DNA of 49,695 bases from a virus (taxonomy: Duplodnaviria > Caudoviricetes): positions 1 to 49,695 of the IMG/VR virus record IMGVR_UViG_3300024981_000261; one strand, given 5' to 3'. Positions 37,215 through 48,022 of this stretch are shown one piece after another. The notes below the pieces were generated by a model. It searched no databases. It was not told where the DNA came from and saw only the letters and a list, made by a program, of their open reading frames with translations. The first letter of the stretch is position 1. Each line of letters begins with the position of its first letter. A program made the position numbers and the translations under genes.

Positions 37215-37787
37215 ATGGAAAGTATTTCAAGAATAGGAATTTCAGCTATTTATCATAGCAATGATCTATTAACAGCAGCAACTGCACCAGTAGCAGGAGA
37301 CCCGACAAAAGGTCTTACACCTGCAGAATTAAAGGCATTTTTGGCTGATGCAGATACAAAAACAGTTCCAAACGTGCATCAAGACACATGGAATTATGAC
37401 GAAGCAGAAGATACAACAAACTTCTATACAGATCAGCTAACAGGCGAAGTGTATAGAGGTGGTACGACCGCTAAAGGAGCAAAAGTAATCACATTTACCG
37501 TTGGTAAGTTTGATTTTACAAATATTGCTGACTTTAAGGGAGGAACAGCCGGGGCTGATAAATACGGTGCACCATCTACAAAACAAAACATTTACAAGTC
37601 TGTAGTTGCATTGACAGAAGACGGTGTGTATATCGTATTCCCTAAAGCATTTATTCAAGCAAGAGATTCAACCGTGGATAATGCAATAGGTATGTTGGTT
37701 ACAGCTACAGCAATGGTTCCCGATACAGCGATAGAAGGATTCGTCCAGATTCGCAAATCAGCCGTTGACGCAGCAGTCATAGGATAA
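37215..37787 (+). CDS. Major tail tube protein
   Basis: NVHQDTW motif, position, followed by terminator. Confidence 0.75.
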   Translation: MESISRIGISAIYHSNDLLTAATAPVAGDPTKGLTPAELKAFLADADTKTVPNVHQDTWNYDEAEDTTNFYTDQLTGEVYRGGTTAKGAKVITFTVGKFDFTNIADFKGGTAGADKYGAPSTKQNIYKSVVALTEDGVYIVFPKAFIQARDSTVDNAIGMLVTATAMVPDTAIEGFVQIRKSAVDAAVIG

Positions 37788-37807
37788 GAAAATAATTATG
37801 TATAACC

Positions 37808-37842
37808 AAAAGGGCAGGCGGTGTTTACTGCTTGCCCTTTTT
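37808..37842 (+). terminator. Intrinsic terminator
   Basis: AAAAGGGCAGGCGGT/ACTGCTTGCCCTTTTT. Confidence 0.75.
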
Positions 37843-37855
37843 CGATAAAAATAAT

Positions 37856-38272
37856 ATGAACGAAGCAGCTAAACTAGTATCTGAGGCACTTTTAGGATTA
37901 GATTATAAGACTATATTCATAGGTGGTAAAGCTTATGAGGTAAAATCACCAACTATTAAAACGATGTGTCTAGGTCTTAGTGAATGGGCCAAGATAGATT
38001 TTAATTTAAAAGACCAAACAAATCTATCATTAGTCGCCCAAATACCCGAGATATCGAAACATCAGCTAAAAGGAATAAGCAGATTTATCGAAAGTGATAT
38101 TCAATTAGCAGATGAGATATACAACGAATGGATAAATGAAGATCCGAGCGTTTCGCAAGATGAAATAGATATTGCAATAGATACCATATTAAGCCTTATA
38201 GATAAAGAAAAGGTTTTTCGAAGTGCGCAAGGGTGCTTGAGCGCAGCAAAAATAATAGCAAGACCACTATAA
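37856..38272 (+). CDS. Tail assembly chaperone (G-like)
   Basis: Position between tube and tape measure; overlapped by a -1 frame ORF. Confidence 0.7.
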   Translation: MNEAAKLVSEALLGLDYKTIFIGGKAYEVKSPTIKTMCLGLSEWAKIDFNLKDQTNLSLVAQIPEISKHQLKGISRFIESDIQLADEIYNEWINEDPSVSQDEIDIAIDTILSLIDKEKVFRSAQGCLSAAKIIARPL

Positions 38273-38466
38273 TAGGTGGTGATACAATGATGGGTCAAAT
38301 ATCCTCATTTATGGATAGTTTACACCTATCATACAAAGAAGTTTTTGAGTTGATACCATACCGAAACTTAGTTATGATGCAAGCCGATAAGCAGCGAGAA
38401 GCAACAGGGGATATAATAATCCGAAAAAGTAGCGATGAGTTGTTCGGGAATAATATAAAAGGATGA
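38206..38466 (+). CDS. Tail assembly chaperone -1 frameshift extension (T-like)
   Basis: -1 frame open from 38206; GGTTTTT at 38212-38218 with downstream hairpin. Confidence 0.6.
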   Translation, partial: RKGFSKCARVLERSKNNSKTTIIGGDTMMGQISSFMDSLHLSYKEVFELIPYRNLVMMQADKQREATGDIIIRKSSDELFGNNIKG

Positions 38467-38843
38467 TAAAGATAGATGTAGACATAAGCGGATTTGATGA
38501 TGTATTCAAGGAAATTGAAGCACAAGAGAGGAAGCTTATCTTAAAAATGATGCGTATAGGTGAAATCTATGTAAGTACATCAAAACAAAAAGGAAGCTAT
38601 CAAGATCAGACAGGAAATCTAAGAAACGCAAACTCTTATAGACTATATAAAGATGGGAAAGTGCTATACGAAAGCATAGTATTGCCCGCTATGAGTTATT
38701 TCTTAGATAAATACAAAGATGGAACAGGAATAGAGCTTGTGTGCGGTAACGGTATGGAGTATTGTACATGGGTGGAAGCGAAAGGCTACGATGTGGTAAG
38801 TAGCGGATTTTTAAAAGTAGAATCAGAAGCAAGAAAAATATAA
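38463..38843 (+). CDS. HK97 gp10-like tail completion protein
   Basis: DQTGNLRNA and MEY..WVE motifs. Confidence 0.7.
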   Translation: MIKIDVDISGFDDVFKEIEAQERKLILKMMRIGEIYVSTSKQKGSYQDQTGNLRNANSYRLYKDGKVLYESIVLPAMSYFLDKYKDGTGIELVCGNGMEYCTWVEAKGYDVVSSGFLKVESEARKI

Positions 38844-38847
38844 AATT

Positions 38848-41800
38848 ATGCCGGGATCAGCAATAAACATAAAGGCGAACGCCCAAGAGGTTATTAACCT
38901 AAAAAGAAGGATAGACGAACTTTCGTCAGCTCTAGTAAGTATGCAAAGATCAGCTAACCCTGCTCTTTATGACAAACTTAATAGCCAACTCCAAAAGACA
39001 ACCATACAGTATAATGCTCTTCGTTCAGAGGTAAATAGATATTCAAAAGAGCAAGAAAGGGCTGCTAGATCTACATCTCAAACATCTGATGGATTAGTAG
39101 ATTTATTGAAAAAAGGAGCTGCACTTGCCGGTATTACCTATGGAGTTGATAAGATAAAACAACTTGGCAGCGAAATTATAAGTGTTAGGGGCGAAATACA
39201 GCAATTACAAATAGCTTTTGAAACAATGCTAGGTAGCAAAGAAAAAGCTGATAGGATGATGGCTGATATTAAAAAATTAGCCTTAAGTACACCTTTTACA
39301 CTTACAGAAGTCGCCGACAATACAAAGCAGATCATAGCTATGGGAATTGAATCCGATAAAGCTATTGATACAGTTAAGATGTTAGGTGATGTTGCAGCTG
39401 GCGTGTCTGTTCCTCTTTGGAGAGTAGCAATAAACTATGGTCAAGTTTCTGCTTTAGGGAAACTTCAAAATAGAGAAATTAGAGACTTTGCAATGGCTGG
39501 TATTCCTATAGTAGAAGAATTAGGGAAAATGCTAGGAAAAACATCTTCTGAAATATATTCTATGGTTGAAGCTGGTAGGATAGGATTCCCAGAAGTAGAA
39601 CAAGCCTTTAAGAATATGTCAGGTGAAGGAGGTAAGTTCTACAACCTTATGGAAAAACAAAATGCTTCTGTTACAGGACAAATATCGAAGCTAAAAGACT
39701 CCATTCAATTAATGTTTAACGAAATAGGCGAAAGCTCGGAAGGAATTATTTATACAGCTATTGATGGGGCAAGTAAGCTTGTGGATAGTTATCAGGAAGT
39801 AGGTGTAATCTTGGCAGGATTAGTATCCACATACGGATTATATAAGGCTGCTCTTATGACAGAAGCTGCGATAAGACCTATACAGATTGCTGATACATAC
39901 AAGGTGCAAGCTGCTGCACTTACTGAATTATTAAATGGGAAACAGGCGTATCGAATTTCTCAAATGGGATTAGTACAAGGTTCAGCCGAACATGTAGCAG
40001 CAATTCAAGCTGAGATAGCAGCAACAGCTGAGAATCTTAAAATAAAACTAGCAGAGGAAGAAGTTAATCTTCAATCATTAAGGACAAAAAGAGCAGAAGC
40101 CGAACAAGTATGGATGACAGCTAAAGCAAAAACAGAGGCAGCACGTCAAGAACTTGCTTCTGCGATAACAAATGCAACTGGAGAAGCGGAAGCATCGCTT
40201 CAAAAGAAAATGGCTTTGGAGTCAGAAAAACAAAGTCGTGCTGCGTTACGTTTAGTTAAACTACAAGATCAAAAGGATACTGCTATATCGCAAGCTATAG
40301 CCTTAAAAGAAAAAGAGGCTAGTGCTGAAAAAATAGCAGCTAAAAATAGAGAAATAGCATCTATTCAGGCTAAAATAGCATCTGCAAGAGCAGAAGAAAT
40401 ACAACATGGGCGTAATGTTGCAGCTATGAGAGCTGAAATAAAATCAGGTGTTGATATCACTGCAAATAAGAATGTACAAACGCTAACGAATAAATTAAAT
40501 ACATTATCAGAGCAAGAGAATTCGGCAGCTACTGCCCATAGTGGTGTTGTAAAACAAATAGTAGGTAGCAAAGTTTTAATAAAGAAATTATCAGTAGATG
40601 CAGATACTGCATCTACGATTCTAAACACAGAAGCTGAAATCGCAAACACAACAGCTACTACATTTTTGTCAGCTGCAAAAACTAAATTAATTACCATATC
40701 TAATAATCTTTGGGCTGCTTTAGCACCAAATCCTTATATTCTGGCTGCTGCTGCTGTTGTAGCTTTGAGTTATGGTATATATGAATTAGCTACGGCTGCT
40801 ACGGCTGCAGAACAAGCTCAAATTGGGTTAAATAAAGAGACAGAGAATACAGCTCAAAGAACAGAAGAAGAAAAAAGGGCAATTGAGAATCTTTTAGGTA
40901 TAATAAGGGATGAAGTTTCAACCAGAACAGAAAAGCAAAAAGCATTAGAAACATTACAATCAAAATATCCATCTATCTTCTCTAATCTTGATACAGAAAA
41001 GATAAAGAATCTAGATCTTGCGGAAGCTATAAGGCAAGTAAATATTGAACTTGAAAAACGAAATGGTGCGCAATCTAAAGCTAATATTGATAGAGCAAAA
41101 CAGATATTAAGTGGTATTACTAATTTTGATGGTGTTACTTTTAAAACAAGTAAGGATATTAAGGATGCAAAAGATTTAATAGGTCTAGAAGGAGTTTGGC
41201 AAAGAAATTCGATAACAAATGCTAAGCTTAAAGAATCACTTGAAAAATATGTTGCTCAAGCTGAAAAAGATTTAAATAAAATGTCTGAAACAGCAGATAA
41301 AGCAGCTAAGAAAACAGCAAAATCCGGTGTTGATCAAATATATGATGCAACTAAAAGGGTTAGTGATCTAAATAATGAATTAAAAGATCTTAATAATAAA
41401 ATAATACCAGATAATCAAAAGGATAATCCTTCTTTTAAATTCTCAAAAGCAATAGAGGATAAGTTAAAGGAATTAAAAGATGCTGAAAATGAACTTAATT
41501 TATTGCTTTATGGGAAATCAACAAAGGAAATAGGAAAAGAGAACAAAGCTGGTGAAACAGCTGATAAGAAAGCTCAGAGGGAAACAGATAAAACATCAGA
41601 AGCTTATCTTAAATTACTTAATCTCCAAGCCGAACTTGATAGCGAATCAGTAAAACAACAACTCGAATATGAACAAAAGCTTTTAGATATTGAGCAAGAT
41701 AGTTTTGATAAGCGTTATCGGCAAAATCAATTAAATATGGCGAAGGAACTTATTTCTATAGAAGAGTTCCGCCAAAAGATGATAAAGGATCAGCAAGAAG

Positions 41801-43806
41801 CAGCTAAGAATATTTATATAAAAAATAAAGGTTCTGATACAGGTTTTAATTTTGCAACATTTGATAAAACGCTATTGCCTCAAGGTTTAAGTGATGCTGA
41901 TATAGAAGCCCAGATAAAGAAAAGAACTGATGCTTCATTAGCTGCATGGAAAAAAGGAAATGAAGATATATCCAAAGAACAAAGAGCTTTTGCCGATGAA
42001 GAAAAATTGACGTTCGCTTCTCAATTAGATCAACAGATATACTCTATACGCAAACATTATAAAGAGCGTAGGGACTTAGCTAAAGGTAATTCAGATCTAA
42101 TAAAACAAATAGAAAAGAATGAGAGCAGGGAGATTGCGGAAGCTCGTCTACAAGCGCATCAACGTCAATTGGAATCAGATGCAGAATATAACCAAAAATA
42201 TAAAGAATTAACTACAGATAGATATTTCTTTGAATCGGACAAACGTAAAGCTTCATTAGGACAACAAATAAAAGATCAGAAGAAAATATTCAACGATCTA
42301 GAAAAAAGGGTAATGAACGACCCGAATAATGATGAACTAGCAAGGCAATTGAGGGAGGCATATCTTAGACTTAGAATACTGAATAAAGAATGGGAGAAAA
42401 CACCAGAACAAAAATTAGCTGAAATTGCCGGAATATTTAAAGAGATTACCGGTAGTTTATCAAACATAACAGGCGTTGATTTGAGTATGCTTAGCAATGC
42501 TGTTTCCGGTATTGCATCATTCGCCACAGGCGACTTTATGGGCGCTGCTTCTTCTGGTATGGGTATTGTATCTACCTTTATTACAGGATTTATATCACAA
42601 AAAGAACGACAAGCCGAAATACAAAGAGAGATAAATAAGCTTCAACAGCAATACAATATAGATTTAAGACAACAAAATTATGATCTAATTTCATCAATAG
42701 ACTATGCTAGAGCATTTAAAGATAACCTAGAAGCATTACAATGGCTAATAGACAAAGGGTTTATTTCAGAGGTTGATTATTCTGCATGGGAGGCACTTGT
42801 TAAGCAATCGGATGAAGCAAGAAAAAACTTTGAGATAGCAAAGAAAAATTCAGATAGCATACTTTCTGATACAAATAAAACATTAGATTCATTATATAAA
42901 GATTTTGTTAAGGGTTCTGCAGGTAATGCAATAGGAAATCAGGCAAAGCCAATTATATCAATATTAAAGGACTGGAAAAATGGAATCATAGATAATGAGG
43001 AAGCATTTAGGAGGCTTGGTGCTACAGGATGGAAAGGAATGTCGGATATAGCTGATAAGATAGCGAGATCAGATGAAGAAACGCAAAAATGGAAAGATCA
43101 AATAGCCGAATTAAGCCAACAAATGGATGAGTTCGCTACAGGAACATCATTCGATAGCTTCTTATCTGATGCAGCGAATGCAATTAGCGACTTAAGAGGA
43201 AATGTAACAAGTCTTGCTGATTTTACAGAGGAAAAGCTAACTAATGCTATTCTATCATCTTTTAAATATCAGATACTTTCCAATGCATTAAAGCCAATGT
43301 ATGATGAATTGGCAGATATGTTTCTGAGCGGAAATTATGATTCAAGTGCTGCTAATGACTGGAAACAAAGGCTTGCAAATATTCTTAACACCAATAGCAA
43401 AGAACTTGATAAAATATTTGAGGCTTTTGGCGTAGATCCTACTACTGAAAATGCATCTCAGCAGGCATCCAGAGGTGGCTTTGAAACCATGTCTCAGGAT
43501 ACAGGAAAGGCTTTAGAAGGACGGTTTACAGCCATGCAAATGAATCTTATATCTATCGATCAAAATGTATCCCGAATAGCCCAATGGAATCAGCCAGTAA
43601 GCGAGAAGTTCAATTTTGATACTATCGCTATGCCTTTGGGTGCGCTTAGTCAATCATCGATAAGAATAGAGCGCATGATGGAAGAAAACAGGAATATACA
43701 AGTGCAAATGTTTTATAAAGTATCCGATATAGAAAAATGGTCTCGCGTTTTACCTCAAATGAATGAGGTATTAGGACAAATGAATGGTAAACTTGATAAT
43801 ATTTAA
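38848..43806 (+). CDS. Tape measure protein
   Basis: 1652 aa helical; tape-measure domain FETMLGS...TPF...GIPI. Confidence 0.95.
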   Translation: MPGSAINIKANAQEVINLKRRIDELSSALVSMQRSANPALYDKLNSQLQKTTIQYNALRSEVNRYSKEQERAARSTSQTSDGLVDLLKKGAALAGITYGVDKIKQLGSEIISVRGEIQQLQIAFETMLGSKEKADRMMADIKKLALSTPFTLTEVADNTKQIIAMGIESDKAIDTVKMLGDVAAGVSVPLWRVAINYGQVSALGKLQNREIRDFAMAGIPIVEELGKMLGKTSSEIYSMVEAGRIGFPEVEQAFKNMSGEGGKFYNLMEKQNASVTGQISKLKDSIQLMFNEIGESSEGIIYTAIDGASKLVDSYQEVGVILAGLVSTYGLYKAALMTEAAIRPIQIADTYKVQAAALTELLNGKQAYRISQMGLVQGSAEHVAAIQAEIAATAENLKIKLAEEEVNLQSLRTKRAEAEQVWMTAKAKTEAARQELASAITNATGEAEASLQKKMALESEKQSRAALRLVKLQDQKDTAISQAIALKEKEASAEKIAAKNREIASIQAKIASARAEEIQHGRNVAAMRAEIKSGVDITANKNVQTLTNKLNTLSEQENSAATAHSGVVKQIVGSKVLIKKLSVDADTASTILNTEAEIANTTATTFLSAAKTKLITISNNLWAALAPNPYILAAAAVVALSYGIYELATAATAAEQAQIGLNKETENTAQRTEEEKRAIENLLGIIRDEVSTRTEKQKALETLQSKYPSIFSNLDTEKIKNLDLAEAIRQVNIELEKRNGAQSKANIDRAKQILSGITNFDGVTFKTSKDIKDAKDLIGLEGVWQRNSITNAKLKESLEKYVAQAEKDLNKMSETADKAAKKTAKSGVDQIYDATKRVSDLNNELKDLNNKIIPDNQKDNPSFKFSKAIEDKLKELKDAENELNLLLYGKSTKEIGKENKAGETADKKAQRETDKTSEAYLKLLNLQAELDSESVKQQLEYEQKLLDIEQDSFDKRYRQNQLNMAKELISIEEFRQKMIKDQQEAAKNIYIKNKGSDTGFNFATFDKTLLPQGLSDADIEAQIKKRTDASLAAWKKGNEDISKEQRAFADEEKLTFASQLDQQIYSIRKHYKERRDLAKGNSDLIKQIEKNESREIAEARLQAHQRQLESDAEYNQKYKELTTDRYFFESDKRKASLGQQIKDQKKIFNDLEKRVMNDPNNDELARQLREAYLRLRILNKEWEKTPEQKLAEIAGIFKEITGSLSNITGVDLSMLSNAVSGIASFATGDFMGAASSGMGIVSTFITGFISQKERQAEIQREINKLQQQYNIDLRQQNYDLISSIDYARAFKDNLEALQWLIDKGFISEVDYSAWEALVKQSDEARKNFEIAKKNSDSILSDTNKTLDSLYKDFVKGSAGNAIGNQAKPIISILKDWKNGIIDNEEAFRRLGATGWKGMSDIADKIARSDEETQKWKDQIAELSQQMDEFATGTSFDSFLSDAANAISDLRGNVTSLADFTEEKLTNAILSSFKYQILSNALKPMYDELADMFLSGNYDSSAANDWKQRLANILNTNSKELDKIFEAFGVDPTTENASQQASRGGFETMSQDTGKALEGRFTAMQMNLISIDQNVSRIAQWNQPVSEKFNFDTIAMPLGALSQSSIRIERMMEENRNIQVQMFYKVSDIEKWSRVLPQMNEVLGQMNGKLDNI

Positions 43807-43808
43807 CT

Positions 43809-46049
43809 ATGATAACAATAGGTAACGATTTAACTATATATAATGCTTGGGGTGAACCTAAGATGCAATTAGACATTCCGAATGACTTTAAGCAAGCTAA
43901 TGAGCTAATGTCTGAACATTACGTGCAATTCTCATTTCCGCTAACAATAAAATATGACTTTGTACGTGCTGATTATATAGACTATAAGGGTATAAGATAC
44001 GCCATACGCACCGACTGTCAGCCAACAGAAAACGGATTACAGGATTATAGGTATGAGCCAAAGTTTGAAGCTCCGGAAATGTTTTGGCAGGACTTTATTT
44101 GTTGGTATATCTACCAAGGATTGAAAGAGGCTGAATGGACGCTAATGGAGCATGCCGGAACATTCTTACAGATAGGTTGTGATAATATAAACGCATACAC
44201 CGGTGAAACATGGACGGTTGGTATTGTAGAGCCTACCGATATGCAGAACCTTACATTCAGTTCTCAGAATGTTTTCGATTTTCTTACAGACGTTGCAGAA
44301 GCGTTCAATTGTGAATGGTATGTAGATTATGAGGCTAAAACAATAAACCTAGTGTATAGCTATTCGAAAGGAGAAACTATAGAACTAAGGCGTGAAATAG
44401 AACTTATCGACATAAAACGTTCAAACGAAAATAGCGATGAGTATTGCACACGTATGTATGCTTTTGGCGGTACCCGAAATATACCATCAAATTACAGAAG
44501 CACAGGAAGCAGTGAGGCTGTAGATGCTATTGTACAAAAACGTTTGCGACTTCCTATATCAAACGGTGACTATATCGATGCTTTCCCGAACATGACAGGA
44601 AATAAAATCATAGAGAAGGTATTTACATTTGATAATATCTACCCTAAGCGTACAGGAACTATTACATCGATTAGAACGGCAACTGTAAAGAATGATGATG
44701 GCATAGAAATGACAGTCTTTTACTTTAAAGATAGCGGTTTGAACTTCAATTCTGAATATATATTACCGGGGCTTACTCTTTCGCTTCAATTTGGAGAAAA
44801 CAGTTTCTTGTCAGGTCGTGATTTTGAATTAGGATATAATGACGATACAGAAGAATTTGAAATAATAAACAATCAGGATAACCCGGATTTAATTATTCCA
44901 AACGATTTACTATGTCCTCGTGTCGGTGATTTCTATGTGCTTTATAACTTTAATATCTCTTTAGTAGGCGATCAGTATGTAGGAGAAGCCGAACAAGAAC
45001 TTCTAACAGAGGCACATGCTAAAATGGCAAGCATTCAAGAAGAAAACGCTACTTATACATGTATGGCTAATCCTTTCAGGGTAGCTGCTTATGGTTTGGA
45101 TATGGGTTTAGGGCAAAGCGTAAAACTTAAAAGCCTGATCTTTAACGGAGGCGAAAAAGTATCTCGTATTCGTGGGTTTACTAAATACCCGGTAACATGT
45201 AAAGATGAATACTTAGTAGGAGAAAAGCCACGATACAGCCGAAGAAAAGCATTAGAAGCCAAAGTAGACAGCAACAAAAAAGAGTCTGATGTGAATTACC
45301 TAGAGGCTATGAGAGCATCTAACAATAACACACGAAGCATTAAGGGTATGAATTACTTGCGCACCGCTTTGCAGAATGAAACAGTATTCGATGGCGGATT
45401 AGGTCTTACAACTACTATATTATTCGGATTAATGCAGGGTGATATTTGGGTAAATACAGCAGGTGTTAACGGTGTATGGCAAGATGATAACGATGTGGCG
45501 TTTTGGGGTGGTGGAACATTAGATCAAGCAATAAACCTAGTTGCGAACCCAAGTGCAACTACAGATGTTGCAAGCTTTGTAGTTACTCATGGCGGTAAGG
45601 TAATTATGAATCAGGCTTTATTAAGAGGAAGATTTGAAAGTAATATAAATGGAAATAGAATAATTATAGATCCAGATACAAGAGACATAAAATTAATAAA
45701 TACAGATGGAAAAGTACTTGGACAATGGATATTTGGTGGAGATGGATCTCAATTAAACTTAGGATCTATAGATTTAGACGGATATCTTGCATCATATACC
45801 CCTACAGGATTTTTCTTATTTGAAGAAAGTGAGGATGGTATAAAGAAATTTAATGGAAAATTTTATGATAAGCAATTTAGTCTAGGGTACGATCAGGTTA
45901 GCTTCCCAAATGATTTAATAAGTGGAATTAGAATGAGAATAAATAGTTCAAATAATTTGATAATGACATTAAAGAATCTACCTACAAATTCTAGTTATCC
46001 GGTGGGCACAGTTTGGAATGATAATGGAGTATTAAAGATCGTTCAATAG
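43809..46049 (+). CDS. Tail tip/hub protein
   Basis: Follows TMP; TRMYAFGGTRNIP, FDNIYP motifs. Confidence 0.75.
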   Translation: MITIGNDLTIYNAWGEPKMQLDIPNDFKQANELMSEHYVQFSFPLTIKYDFVRADYIDYKGIRYAIRTDCQPTENGLQDYRYEPKFEAPEMFWQDFICWYIYQGLKEAEWTLMEHAGTFLQIGCDNINAYTGETWTVGIVEPTDMQNLTFSSQNVFDFLTDVAEAFNCEWYVDYEAKTINLVYSYSKGETIELRREIELIDIKRSNENSDEYCTRMYAFGGTRNIPSNYRSTGSSEAVDAIVQKRLRLPISNGDYIDAFPNMTGNKIIEKVFTFDNIYPKRTGTITSIRTATVKNDDGIEMTVFYFKDSGLNFNSEYILPGLTLSLQFGENSFLSGRDFELGYNDDTEEFEIINNQDNPDLIIPNDLLCPRVGDFYVLYNFNISLVGDQYVGEAEQELLTEAHAKMASIQEENATYTCMANPFRVAAYGLDMGLGQSVKLKSLIFNGGEKVSRIRGFTKYPVTCKDEYLVGEKPRYSRRKALEAKVDSNKKESDVNYLEAMRASNNNTRSIKGMNYLRTALQNETVFDGGLGLTTTILFGLMQGDIWVNTAGVNGVWQDDNDVAFWGGGTLDQAINLVANPSATTDVASFVVTHGGKVIMNQALLRGRFESNINGNRIIIDPDTRDIKLINTDGKVLGQWIFGGDGSQLNLGSIDLDGYLASYTPTGFFLFEESEDGIKKFNGKFYDKQFSLGYDQVSFPNDLISGIRMRINSSNNLIMTLKNLPTNSSYPVGTVWNDNGVLKIVQ

Positions 46050-46057
46050 GCATATAA

Positions 46058-46091
46058 GAAAAAGGAGGACGTATGAATATATCCTCCTTTT
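46058..46091. terminator. Bidirectional terminator
   Basis: AAAAGGAGGA/TCCTCCTTTT between convergent genes. Confidence 0.7.
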
Positions 46092-46109
46092 ATTAAATTA
46101 ATTTATAAT

Positions 46110-46586
46110 TTATTCATCCCATCTAACATATCCTTTAGAGTAAAGAGATTTAAATTTAACTTCGAAAGCTACGCCCTTATTCTTGTCTACTTGTATTTCA
46201 TTAGCTTTCCATAAATTCATTAATAGAATTGTATTTGGTATAAATCCGCTAGGGCAACATACAATAAAATAATTACCCGGTGCGCAATTATAAGTTATAT
46301 ATCCATTATTCTCATTCGAAACTTTAAAATCAATTGATTCTATTACTTTGCCTTGATTGTTTTTCAATGTAGCAATACTAGAAAATTGATCTACCCTGCT
46401 AAATGATTCTGGGTCATAATTATCGCTTTTAAATATATAGAATATTGCTGATATAGTATTATTTCCGCTAATATCCTTTCTTGCTATCATGTTAATATGT
46501 GTATCAACCGATATTTCGTCATCTCCATTACTCGAACAAGAAATAAATAATGGAAATATAAGTAATAAGTATATAATTTTTTTCAT
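46110..46586 (-). CDS. Moron lipoprotein
   Basis: Signal peptide with lipobox FISC. Confidence 0.75.
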   Translation of the reverse strand: MKKIIYLLLIFPLFISCSSNGDDEISVDTHINMIARKDISGNNTISAIFYIFKSDNYDPESFSRVDQFSSIATLKNNQGKVIESIDFKVSNENNGYITYNCAPGNYFIVCCPSGFIPNTILLMNLWKANEIQVDKNKGVAFEVKFKSLYSKGYVRWDE

Positions 46587-46590
46587 AATG

Positions 46591-46956
46591 TTATTTTCTT
46601 TTTATAGCCATACCTGATATATAAAATGTATTCTCGGTACTACTATAATTTTGTATTATTTTTATATTAATAACTGCGTTTGCGCCTTTTGATTTACAGT
46701 CGTTTACGAATTTGTCGAAAACGCTTTCAAGTTCTAGTTTGACTATTTTATTTTTATCATATTGCTTTCCGCCTCCTTGAGTTCCCATAAGGCATATAGG
46801 ATCGTATTCAAAATTCACAGAGTTGCTTTCTGTTATATAAAAGCCTTCTTTATTATACTTTGAAAGATCCACAGAATAGCTAGTCATGTGTATTTTCGGT
46901 AATGCACAAGAAGCAAAAGTCATAATAAATAAAATCAGAAATAAATATTTTTTCAT
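46591..46956 (-). CDS. Moron lipoprotein, YbjQ-like fold
   Basis: Lipobox FASC; KGANAVINIKI...SGMAIK. Confidence 0.7.
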   Translation of the reverse strand: MKKYLFLILFIMTFASCALPKIHMTSYSVDLSKYNKEGFYITESNSVNFEYDPICLMGTQGGGKQYDKNKIVKLELESVFDKFVNDCKSKGANAVINIKIIQNYSSTENTFYISGMAIKRK

Positions 46957-47067
46957 ACAATAAGATTTAAGTTAATCCACAAAACTACAAATTAACTTTT
47001 ATTATCCTATAACTCAGAGAGAAGTTTTTATGAATTAAAAAAAATCGAGCGGTGCCCGATTCTATGT

Positions 47068-47637
47068 TTAATTGTGTATGATATCAAAATTACATTGAAA
47101 ATAATCTGTTATTTTATTTAATATATCGTTATCTTTTTCATATTCTGCTTTTCTAAGCATAATATACGCACTTTTCTCTTCTATAACTTCATGCTGAAAA
47201 ATATTGTCTGAGAAATAAGTTAGCATCATACGAGAATAAAAATTATACCTTTTTGTCTTTGCTTCTGGTTCATGTATATACACGGTTCTATTTTTAATTT
47301 TCCTATCGCATATTGTATTTGAACCAATAAATCCAAAAGATGATTTATTATCTTTCGAATGTATTTCTAGCATTATGGCAATACACGTCTTAACTACAGG
47401 CCTTGTTTCGTTAAGATTTGTAAGCTTATTGTATTTTAGCCTAGACCCTGAATCTCTTTTTAAATGGAATTTAATAGCATATAAGTTATAGGGATATATT
47501 TCGACCCAAACTAAATATACTTGATGTGTTATATCAGATTTAAATCTATACAAAATTTTAGGCACAGAATTTTCTGTACCTTTTATATTTTGAACAAATC
47601 TATATTTAAAATGATTAAAGGATATATTTATACACAT
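47068..47637 (-). CDS. Hypothetical moron protein
   Basis: AIKF, SFGFIG, TKRY motifs; own terminator near 47038-47062. Confidence 0.75.
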   Translation of the reverse strand: MCINISFNHFKYRFVQNIKGTENSVPKILYRFKSDITHQVYLVWVEIYPYNLYAIKFHLKRDSGSRLKYNKLTNLNETRPVVKTCIAIMLEIHSKDNKSSFGFIGSNTICDRKIKNRTVYIHEPEAKTKRYNFYSRMMLTYFSDNIFQHEVIEEKSAYIMLRKAEYEKDNDILNKITDYFQCNFDIIHN

Positions 47638-47776
47638 CTACTCGCAGTCTTTCTCTTTCTTCTTCTGTTACCGGTCTGAATTTGAATGTTTGATTTGTAG
47701 ATGCAGGTTTTTTAGAATGCTTATTGGCATCCATACAATTTGATTTTGTCTGAATTTTTGATATGATTGCTCCCAT
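47615..47776 (-). CDS. 53-aa peptide (not in ORF track)
   Basis: MGAIISKIQTKSNC...VDVYKYIL; overlaps start of the 189-aa ORF. Confidence 0.55.
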   Translation of the reverse strand: MGAIISKIQTKSNCMDANKHSKKPASTNQTFKFRPVTEEERERLRVDVYKYIL

Positions 47777-48022
47777 AGTTTTATGCTTTTGTTGCTTTAA
47801 TTAACGGCGCAAATCCCAACTTTTTCTAAAAGTAAATAGTTCTATTCTTTATTTCGGACTGCAAAATAAGTAAATAAATAGATATAAACAACATTAAATG
47901 TTTAAAATTAATTTGAAAATAACATTATTTATAAATATATAATAATAACGTACATATTATATGTTTGTTCAATATAAGATAAATATATAATTATAATATA
48001 ACAACTAAACATGACAATAGCA

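Noticed and set aside
39900-40820. Ala/Glu-rich repeats such as GCTGCTGCTGCT in TMP
   Set aside because: Explained by normal tape-measure helical composition
595-45277. Antisense or nested ORFs in the track (e.g. 595-834, 5809-6045, 10727-11143, 24219-24641, 40365-40697, 45089-45277)
   Set aside because: Shadows of well-supported genes with no motifs or independent signals
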